DNA of 64,000 nucleotides, taken from contig CAWKBC010000030.1 of the NCBI GenBank assembly GCA_963847705.1, positions 498,691-562,690 of the forward strand. The letters are read 5' to 3'. This stretch comes from an uncultured Pseudomonadota bacterium (GTDB lineage: Bacteria; Myxococcota_A; Polyangia; Fen-1088). The notes under the pieces were generated by a model that was given only the letters and a program-made list of their open reading frames with translations, was not told the DNA's origin and made no database searches. Below, piece after piece: positions 56,988 to 64,000 of this stretch (its first letter is position 1; every line of letters starts with the position of its first letter). The position numbers were made by a program, and so were the translations under genes.

Positions 56988-59699
56988 TCAGCCTTGGGCT
57001 TTGGCGCTGAGCCTCCTGGCCGAGCGCCTGACGGCCACGCGCTCCAGCACGTTGGCGGCCAACGCGGTCCAGCCTGTCTGGTGGCTGGCGCCGAGCCCCC
57101 GACCGGTGTCGCCATCGAAGTATTCGTGAAAGAGGAGCAGATTCTGCCCATGCGGGTCGATCCGATAGAGGGGGGCGTCGCCCAGGCAGGGTCGTCGTCC
57201 CGTTTTGTCGGTCAGGAACAGTCCGGCAATCCGACGCTCCAACTCTTCGGCCACCTCGAGCAGCGTGAGCCGATGACCCGATCCCGTCGGACACTCCACG
57301 CGCAGCGAATCCCCGTAGAAGTGGTGGTGGCGCTTCAGCGCTTCGATGAGGAGATAGTTGAGCGGCATCCACACGGGACCACGCCAGTTCGAATTTCCGC
57401 CGAACAGCGCGCTGTCGGACTCCGCGGGCGCGTAGCGGATCTCGTAGCGCTCCCCTCCCAGCTCCAGAGCGTAGGGTTGGTCCTTGTAGACTCGGGAGAG
57501 TGAGCGAATGCCGTGCGGTGACAGAAATTCTTTCTCGTCGAGCATGTAACGCAGAACGCGTTCGAGGCGGTCGCGGGAAGGGACTGCCAGCAAGCGGCGG
57601 GCCGAGTCGCCTTGGCGGGTGACGCCGATGCTCCTGGCGAGCTCGGGCTTGTTGGTCAAGAACCACTCTAGACGCCGCCCGAAGTGGGGCAATCGCCGGA
57701 GGCGGTCGTCGTCGAGGGATTCGGCGGCGAGGATAGGAATGAGTCCGACCGCGGAGCGGATTCGCAAGGGGACGATGCGACCGTCGACCCGCGCGTGGTC
57801 GTAATAGAAGCCGTCCTCCTCGTCCCAGAGGCCCTTGCCACCGAGGTCATTCGCAGCCTGGACAATCGCCGCGAAGTGCTCGAAGAACTTGGACGCGATG
57901 TCGGCGTAGGCGCCGTTGTCCCGGGAGAGCTCGAGGGCGATCGCCAGCATCGTCGTGCAGTAGAAGGCCATCCAGGCGGTGGCGTCTGCCTGCTCCAGGT
58001 GGGCGACGCCCGGGATGGGTTTCGAGCGATCGAAGAGGCCGATGTTGTCGAGCCCGAGAAAGCCACCCGCGAAGAGATTGTTGCCGTTGAGGTCCTCGCG
58101 ATTGACCCACCAGGTGAAGTTCACCAGGCACTTGTGAAACGCGGCCTCCAGAAAGCGGAGGTCGCGGCCGAATCCACCTTGCTCCGAGAGCTGATAGACG
58201 CGCCAGGCGGCCCAGGCGTGCAGCGGTGGATTCGCATTGCCAAAGTCGAACTCGTACGCGGGTAGCTGTCCGCTCGGGTCCATGAACCATTCGCGGCCGA
58301 GCAAGATGACCTGCCGCTTCGCGAGTGCCGGATCGAGACGTGCCAGCGCCACGCAGTGGAAGGCCAGATCCCAGTCGGCGAACCAGGGATACTCCCACTT
58401 GTCGGGCATCGAGATGACGTCCCGGGCGTAAAGGTGCTTCCAGTTCCGGTTGCGGCCGCCGAGGCGTTCCTCGGGGGGCGTTGGCTCGCCCGGATCTCCT
58501 TGCAACCAGTGCTCGACGACGTAACCGTAGAATTGCCTCGACCAGAGGAGGCCCGCGTCCGCCTGTCGCGCCACGAGGCGCTCCTCCGGCGTCAGCTCCG
58601 CGGTGCGGTGGGATAGGTTGAACTGTTCGGCCTCCGCCCTGCGCAGGTCGAACAGCGCGTCGAACCCCGGGCCGAATGGTTGCTCGGGCATCTCGGTCTC
58701 CGCGCTCAGGCGGCAGCGAATCACCTGCTGCTCGCCCGGCGCGACCGTGAACGCGTACCAGGCCGCGGCCTTGGTACCGAACCCGTCGGGATTCACCGCT
58801 CCCCTCTCGCCCCTGACGACGCGCCGATGGAACGCGTCCTTCACCCAGGCGGAGCGGTTGCTGGCTCCGTAGAGACGCTCGGCATTTGTCTCATTGTCCG
58901 TGAACAGGAGCTCGGGGAGCGCGCTGGCGACGGTGTCGAAGGCGAGCAGCTGCCGTCCCAGGGTGGCATGCTCTGACCTCAATCGTCCGGGACCCGCCCG
59001 ATCGATTCGACCCTTTGGCCAGTAGCCTTCCCCTTGCCGGCCCCACGCCCAGCTGTTTCGATGCCACAGCGTGGGCAGCAGGTGCAGCGCAGCGGGGTCG
59101 GGGCCTCGATTCGCGCAGGTGATTCGAATCAGGATGTCGTCGGGCCCGGCCTTCGCGTACTCGACGAAGACATCGAAATACCGACCCCCGTCGAAGATAC
59201 CGGTGTCGTCTATTTCGAACTCGGCGTCTCCCCGTCCGCGACGGGCGTTCTCGGCGACGAGTCGGTCGTAGGGAAACGCCCGATGCGGGTACTTGTAAAG
59301 AGCCCTCAGATACGACGACGTCGGGGTGGCATCGAGGTAATAGTAGAGCTCCTTGACGTCTTCGCCGTGATTCCCCTCGGGGCCCGAGAGGCCGAACATT
59401 CGCTCTTTCAGGATCGAATCCTGGCCGTTCCACAGGGCGATTGAAAAACAGACCCGGCACTCGCGATCGGTGAGGCCGAGCAGTCCGTCCTCGCCCCAGC
59501 GGTAGGCGCGGCTGCGGGCATGATCGTGGGGCAGGTAGGTCCAGCAATCGCCGTCCGCCGAATAGTCTTCTCTGACCGTGCCCCACTGTCGTTCGGCCAG
59601 ATAGGGACCCCAGCGCTTCCAATTTTTCTGTCGCGCGGCATCCTCGGCGAGGCGCTGGCGCTCCGGATCCTTGGCGCTCCCGTTGTCGAGCGAGCTCAT
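56988..59699 (-). CDS. GH63-like (MGH1) glucosidase
   Basis: WGPYLAERQWGTVREDYS, SMPDKWEYPW, GGNSNWRGPVW, GASHQTGWT. Confidence 0.9.
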   Translation of the reverse strand: MSSLDNGSAKDPERQRLAEDAARQKNWKRWGPYLAERQWGTVREDYSADGDCWTYLPHDHARSRAYRWGEDGLLGLTDRECRVCFSIALWNGQDSILKERMFGLSGPEGNHGEDVKELYYYLDATPTSSYLRALYKYPHRAFPYDRLVAENARRGRGDAEFEIDDTGIFDGGRYFDVFVEYAKAGPDDILIRITCANRGPDPAALHLLPTLWHRNSWAWGRQGEGYWPKGRIDRAGPGRLRSEHATLGRQLLAFDTVASALPELLFTDNETNAERLYGASNRSAWVKDAFHRRVVRGERGAVNPDGFGTKAAAWYAFTVAPGEQQVIRCRLSAETEMPEQPFGPGFDALFDLRRAEAEQFNLSHRTAELTPEERLVARQADAGLLWSRQFYGYVVEHWLQGDPGEPTPPEERLGGRNRNWKHLYARDVISMPDKWEYPWFADWDLAFHCVALARLDPALAKRQVILLGREWFMDPSGQLPAYEFDFGNANPPLHAWAAWRVYQLSEQGGFGRDLRFLEAAFHKCLVNFTWWVNREDLNGNNLFAGGFLGLDNIGLFDRSKPIPGVAHLEQADATAWMAFYCTTMLAIALELSRDNGAYADIASKFFEHFAAIVQAANDLGGKGLWDEEDGFYYDHARVDGRIVPLRIRSAVGLIPILAAESLDDDRLRRLPHFGRRLEWFLTNKPELARSIGVTRQGDSARRLLAVPSRDRLERVLRYMLDEKEFLSPHGIRSLSRVYKDQPYALELGGERYEIRYAPAESDSALFGGNSNWRGPVWMPLNYLLIEALKRHHHFYGDSLRVECPTGSGHRLTLLEVAEELERRIAGLFLTDKTGRRPCLGDAPLYRIDPHGQNLLLFHEYFDGDTGRGLGASHQTGWTALAANVLERVAVRRSARRLSAKAQG

Positions 59700-59784
59700 T
59701 GTTGGCCGGCGAACGTCACAGCAGGTGCTCCGCGTCGATCTCCCTGGGCTCCTCGTGCTCGGTCACGCTTGGTGGTCGCACAGG

Positions 59785-60021
59785 TTAATGGGCCGACGCC
59801 GGCGGCACAGCGGCAGGCGGCACCCTGGGCCCGACCGTTTCCCCAACCGGCGTGGCCATCGCCGCCGCATTTCTCCGGATGTGCCGACCGTGGAATCCGA
59901 TGATCAACACGCCAATCAGTGCCGAAACCACGAGCACGGCGACGAGGACGATCAGCGTCCGCTTGCCGTTTCCCATCTCGCCAAGCTTCTGCCCCTCGCT
60001 CATGACCCGTGAGTCATTCAT
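59785..60021 (-). CDS. Small membrane protein
   Basis: Single TM helix; TACCTT 6 nt before ATG. Confidence 0.5.
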   Translation of the reverse strand: MNDSRVMSEGQKLGEMGNGKRTLIVLVAVLVVSALIGVLIIGFHGRHIRRNAAAMATPVGETVGPRVPPAAVPPASAH

Positions 60022-60365
60022 GGACCCAAGGTACGCACGAAACGTCGATGGAGTAATCGACGGCCCAAAACTGCGATCCAGGGTGGATGAGGGAGGGGCA
60101 GAGCGGCCATGTCAGGGAATCCCCGAGAGCGGCGGAGGCGATTCGAACTGAACGTTCAATTTGTCGCGAGGCGTGTCTCGGCGTGCCGGCCCATACCGTC
60201 AGCCACTGTCAGCTACTTTTAGACCAGGGCCAGGCCAAGCGAGCCAGCCGCTTGGAAGCGGCGACCGCGGATCCGCTGCGTAAATAAATTCACCAGTCCG
60301 GCCCGGACGCGCACAGTCCTTTACCAGTACGCCCCGCGCCTGGTCAGCCGAGAACGGGAGCCGGG

Positions 60366-60381
60366 GGGCATGCCCCTTGCA
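60366..60381 (+). promoter_or_regulatory. Candidate sigma54 promoter for the paralog B-pal unit
   Basis: GGGCATGCCCCTTGCA. Confidence 0.6.
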
Positions 60382-60399
60382 CCACCACCAGGGCTTCTC

Positions 60400-60678
60400 A
60401 TGCAGGTCCCAGAGGCTCGATTCCACGGCAAAAGGAAGGACTGCGGCAGCTTCATCGTCGTCGGCCACGTTGTGTGGGACGGCGAGCAGGCGTGGCCGGT
60501 CGTTCCGCCGTCGACCGAGTTGCTGCTGCGCGACGAGCCGGCCACGCTCCTCTCCAAGCTGCGGTCCCTGGTGTCGGTCAGTGGCCGGGAGTCGTTCCGG
60601 CCGTTGCAGGTCTGGCCAAGCCAGTTTTGGTCGTTCGTCGAGGTCAACATGGTCTCATCTTCGGGAGGTTCGACATGA
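60400..60678 (+). CDS. Small unknown protein, paralog B
   Basis: EARFH...FIVVGHVVWDGE..PSTELL...SQFWSFVEV shared with paralog A; stop overlaps the pal ATG. Confidence 0.7.
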   Translation: MQVPEARFHGKRKDCGSFIVVGHVVWDGEQAWPVVPPSTELLLRDEPATLLSKLRSLVSVSGRESFRPLQVWPSQFWSFVEVNMVSSSGGST

Positions 60679-61196
60679 GCAGCGCGCGGTCTATGGGTGT
60701 TCCTGCATTGGGTCTTTGGGCCGCCATCGCTGGGCTCACCGGCCTCGACTGCTCGCATGAGCAGAAGGCCCCCGCCGTTCACCCTTCTCAGCCCATGGCG
60801 GCCCAGGCTCCGCCGCACCGCGAGCGGCCGAGTGAGGTCCAGACCGCGAACGACGGGCCCAAGGACAAGGAAGAGCCGGTGGTCTTCTTCGACTTCGATT
60901 CGTACACGCTCCGCGGAGAAGCGCATCCGGTGTTGCAAAAGGTCGCTGAGAAGATGCGGGGTCAAGCGGCCGAGAAGCTTCAGATCGAGGGAAACTGCGA
61001 TGACCAGGGGACCATCGAGTACAACCTGGCGCTCGGGGAGGAGCGGGCCCGCGCGGCCAAGAGCTACCTCGTCCACCTGGGTGTCCCGGACTCCCGCATC
61101 GCCACCGTCAGCTACGGCTCGCAGCGGCCCAAATACCAGGGTCATGACGACGACGCTCGCGCCAAAAATCGTCGCGATGACCTCGTGGTGCGCTAG
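60675..61196 (+). CDS. pal: Pal/OmpA-family peptidoglycan-associated lipoprotein
   Basis: FFDFDS, IEGNCDDQGTIEYNLALGEERA, SYGSQRP, KNRRD. Confidence 0.85.
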   Translation: MSSARSMGVPALGLWAAIAGLTGLDCSHEQKAPAVHPSQPMAAQAPPHRERPSEVQTANDGPKDKEEPVVFFDFDSYTLRGEAHPVLQKVAEKMRGQAAEKLQIEGNCDDQGTIEYNLALGEERARAAKSYLVHLGVPDSRIATVSYGSQRPKYQGHDDDARAKNRRDDLVVR

Positions 61197-61222
61197 GACC
61201 AAAGCGCGGTCATACTGCGACC

Positions 61223-61434
61223 ATGCGCAGATCGCGGTCCGCGGCGCTCTCGGCCCGCTTGGCCTTGGCGTCGGTGGGCACCGCGCTCGCGGTGGGTGTG
61301 GTCTGCGCGGTCGGGCTTTTTTCGCTCGGGAATTCCTCGGCGGTCTCCTCGAGCACGGGGGGCGCATCGTCGCCGCGAACCGTGTCGACCCGGGTGGCGC
61401 CCTCTTCGAAATACAGATTCCGGTGGTGCGTTGA
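61223..61434 (+). pseudogene. Sensor histidine kinase remnant (N-terminal TM joined out of frame to HATPase C-terminus)
   Basis: MRRSRSAALSARLALASVGTALAVGVV then LEHGGRIVAANRVDPGGALFEIQIPVVR*, stop overlapping the regulator TTG. Confidence 0.65.
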
Positions 61435-62789
61435 GCGCGGCCGTCTTGGTGGTGGATGACGAGGCTCTGATCCGTCAATCGGTTCAGGCGCTGCTCTCGG
61501 GCGAGGGGCTCGACGTCACTTCTGCTGGATCAGGTGTCGAGGCCTGGGCACGCTTTCAGGAAGCGCGTCCCGACGTCGTGCTGCTGGATCTGGTGCTCGG
61601 GGACGCCGACGGCCTCGACATCTTGAAGCGGATGAAGCAAGAGGCGCCCGACACCAAGGTCATTCTGATCTCCGCCCATGGTTCGATCGAGAGCGCAGTG
61701 GCCGCGATGAAGCTGGGCGGATATGACTTCATCAAGAAGCCGTTCGAGCTGGAAGAGATCGTGGCCGCGGTCCGCAACGCCATCCGGACCAGCCGGCTGG
61801 AACACCGGGTCGCTTATCTGTCGGCGCAGGAACGGCGCAAAAGTGGCGGTACCTTTGTCTACGCGGCGCACCGAATGGAGCGCTTGCTCTCCCAGGTGGA
61901 AATGATCGCAAAGAGCCCCGTGGCTCTGGTCCTGGTGACCGGCGAGAGCGGCACCGGAAAACAGGCCATCGCGCGGATGCTCCACGAGGGGTCGGCGCGT
62001 TCCGGCGGCCCGTTCGTGGAGCTGAACTGCTCGGCGATTCCTGAGAATCTGGTCGAAAGCGAGCTCTTCGGCCACGAACGGGGCGCCTTTTCCGATGCCC
62101 GTGAACGCAAGCTGGGCCTGGTGGAGATTGCCGACGGCGGGACCCTCTTCCTCGACGAGATCGGAGATCTCTCCGGCGGAGCTCAAGCCAAGCTCTTGAC
62201 CTTTCTTGAACAACGCACCTTCCGGCGCGTAGGTGCGACGGCCGTAAGGCGGGTCGACGCCCGGATCGTCGCCGCCACCAATCGAGATCTGCCCGCCGCG
62301 GTCGCGGCCCGCACCTTCCGGGAGGATCTCTATTATCGGATCAACGCGATCACCGTGCACCTACCTCCGCTGCGGGAAAGGGCCCCCGACGTAGCGGTGC
62401 TGGCGGAGCACTTCTTGGCCGAAGCGGCTCGAGAATTCGGGCGCCGCTTTCAAGGCATCGCGCCGGAGACGATTGGGCTGCTCGAGCGTTACCCGTGGCC
62501 AGGGAACGTCCGCGAGCTTCGCGCCGTCATTTCTCGCGCCGCGCTCCTGCACGACGACGATCAGCTGCGCCCGGCTCAGCTGCCGTCCGAGCTGGTTGCG
62601 GCAGCGCTCGCGGCGCCGGCCAGGTCAGCGACCGCCCTGAATGGGGTTTCGGCGATCCCGACTCTCGAGGAGGTCGAGCTCGACCACATTCGGCGTGTAT
62701 TGGACATTTGTGGCGGCAACCGCACGCTCGCCGCCCAGCACCTTGGCATCACCCGGCAAACATTGTCGAAGAGAGTAGGCGGCGACTGA
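61431..62789 (+). CDS. NtrC/AtoC-family sigma54-dependent response regulator (REC-AAA+-Fis HTH)
   Basis: VVDDE, GESGTGK, ESELFGHERGAFSDA, LFLDEIG, WPGNVREL, HTH. Confidence 0.93.
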   Translation: MSAAVLVVDDEALIRQSVQALLSGEGLDVTSAGSGVEAWARFQEARPDVVLLDLVLGDADGLDILKRMKQEAPDTKVILISAHGSIESAVAAMKLGGYDFIKKPFELEEIVAAVRNAIRTSRLEHRVAYLSAQERRKSGGTFVYAAHRMERLLSQVEMIAKSPVALVLVTGESGTGKQAIARMLHEGSARSGGPFVELNCSAIPENLVESELFGHERGAFSDARERKLGLVEIADGGTLFLDEIGDLSGGAQAKLLTFLEQRTFRRVGATAVRRVDARIVAATNRDLPAAVAARTFREDLYYRINAITVHLPPLRERAPDVAVLAEHFLAEAAREFGRRFQGIAPETIGLLERYPWPGNVRELRAVISRAALLHDDDQLRPAQLPSELVAAALAAPARSATALNGVSAIPTLEEVELDHIRRVLDICGGNRTLAAQHLGITRQTLSKRVGGD

Positions 62790-63497
62790 TCTCCGGGCCC
62801 GGCCCCTTGCTGGGGACGGCCTCCGTCGAGCCGACCCTGGCGGGCCCGAAAGGCATCAGCATCCCCCACAGCGAGGCGAGACGAACGATGTCGGCGCTGG
62901 TGTGGACGGACAGTTTGCCGTTGATGTGGCCGCGGTGGGTCTCCACGGTCTTGACGCTGATGCCGAGACGCCCCGCGATCTGTTTGTTGGAGCTCCCCCA
63001 GACCACCAGATCGAAGATCTGACGCTCGCGCTGTGACAGGCGCTCGATCGGCTGCCCGACGCCATGGTGCTTGCTGCCCTCCGCATTTGCGGCTGGAGGG
63101 GGGAGACGCCCGGGGGCAATACCAGCTCACCCCTCCCCACGGCCCGCGTCGCGGCGATGATCTCCTCTGGCCGCTGTCCCTTGAGCGCATACCCCTTCGC
63201 ACCGGCGCGAATCGCCTGGTGCACGATCGCTTCCGGGCCATGGGGCGCGAGAAGCAGCACGCGCGCAGTGGGCGCGACGCGGCCCAACTCCCGCGCCAGG
63301 GCGATGCCGTTGCGATCGGGCAGGTGGAAGTCGGTGACGACCACATCGGGAGCAAGTCCAACGGCAAGCTCACAGGCATGATGCGCATCGCCGCACTCGG
63401 CGATGACACTCAGGTCAGCTCCCTCTGGCAGGTCAGCCAGAGTGGTGCGCACGCCGACCCGGAAGATCGTCGAAGAGTCCACCAGCAGTAACTTCAA
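62749..63497 (-). CDS. NarL/LuxR-family response regulator, frameshifted at a G6 run (63098-63103)
   Basis: REC domain (LLLVDSS, DFHLP, GYALK) and HTH (LSQRERQIF, ISVKTVETHR) in different frames. Confidence 0.8.
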
Positions 63498-63540
63498 CCG
63501 TCCTGGCTCCTTTCTGAACAGCGAATCGCCTTCGTCACGC

Positions 63541-63556
63541 TGCAAGGCCGATGCCG
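63541..63556 (-). promoter_or_regulatory. Candidate sigma54 promoter (luxR-type gene)
   Basis: CGGCATCGGCCTTGCA. Confidence 0.55.
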
Positions 63557-63839
63557 CTGAGTGCCCTGGCGTTGCGGGAGTTGTGCGGTGCCGGGCGGTA
63601 GGAAATTCAGCGGGTCGGCAATCAGTCGTTCAATAATTTGCTGACCAGAGCCGGAAGATCGGGCGGACAGCAACGGGTGGCCTCAGCTGTTCCCGCTGCT
63701 GAACGACCGCGGTCGCGCGCTTGCCGCCGATCGCGATGTTCCACTCGGTGGTGCCACGCTCGTCCGCCTCTCCTTCCTGGCGTCCTCGAGATCATCCTTG
63801 GTGGACCAATGCGGTCCGGAAACATCGCGCCCCACCGGC

Positions 63840-64000
63840 TCAGTTGCACGAGCCGGAGCAGGGAACGAACGTGCCGGCGGTGGCCTGGACAGTCGCGCTG
63901 CCACTCGTGAGGCCCGACGCCGAGGCCGTCACGGTGATGGTTCCGGGTCCGGTCGCTTGAACGATCGCGAACGCCAGGCCTGCATAGGCCTTGCGAACGT
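63840..64000 (-). CDS. C-terminus of a GH2-type glycoside hydrolase (truncated by window edge)
   Basis: VRKAYAGLAFAIVQATGPGTITVTASASGL...CSGSCN*. Confidence 0.65.
   Translation of the reverse strand, partial: VRKAYAGLAFAIVQATGPGTITVTASASGLTSGSATVQATAGTFVPCSGSCN

Noticed and set aside
800-62360. Many long overlapping Arg/Gly/Pro-rich ORFs (e.g. 13718-15517, 24644-26587, 36586-38277, 40232-42262)
   Set aside because: Typical stop-poor shadow frames of high-GC genes with no recognisable motifs

Overview
GC-rich bacterial DNA. The gene styles (myxobacterial-type GspD N0 domain, SPW proteins, lipoproteins, sigma54 activator) suggest Myxococcota/Polyangia; this is inference. I found no rRNA, tRNA, CRISPR array or transposase/integrase. 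The window has three parts. (1) 1-18.7 kb: mixed housekeeping and redox genes (GT8, MsrB, dehydrogenases, GH30, glutaredoxin, NitT/TauT ABC pair, TolC). (2) 18.9-26.6 kb: a compact sulfur locus with a YeeE/YedE pair, rhodanese, a frameshifted cargo cysteine desulfurase, a Family 2A encapsulin, two XRE-cupin regulators, serine acetyltransferase and a 1-Cys peroxiredoxin. Four copies of an 18-bp palindrome sit on its promoters. (3) 26.6-64 kb: a mosaic region of envelope and stress genes plus gene relics. About ten candidate sigma54 (-24/-12) promoters occur here, five of them exactly 12-13 nt before a start codon (putative leaderless sigma54 mRNAs). The region also has a duplicated unknown small protein, a stand-alone secretin N0 domain, a CdaA-YbbR diadenylate cyclase, and an NtrC-type activator whose adjacent kinase has been internally deleted. 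Starts were picked by eye. Frameshifts at homopolymers may be sequencing errors.
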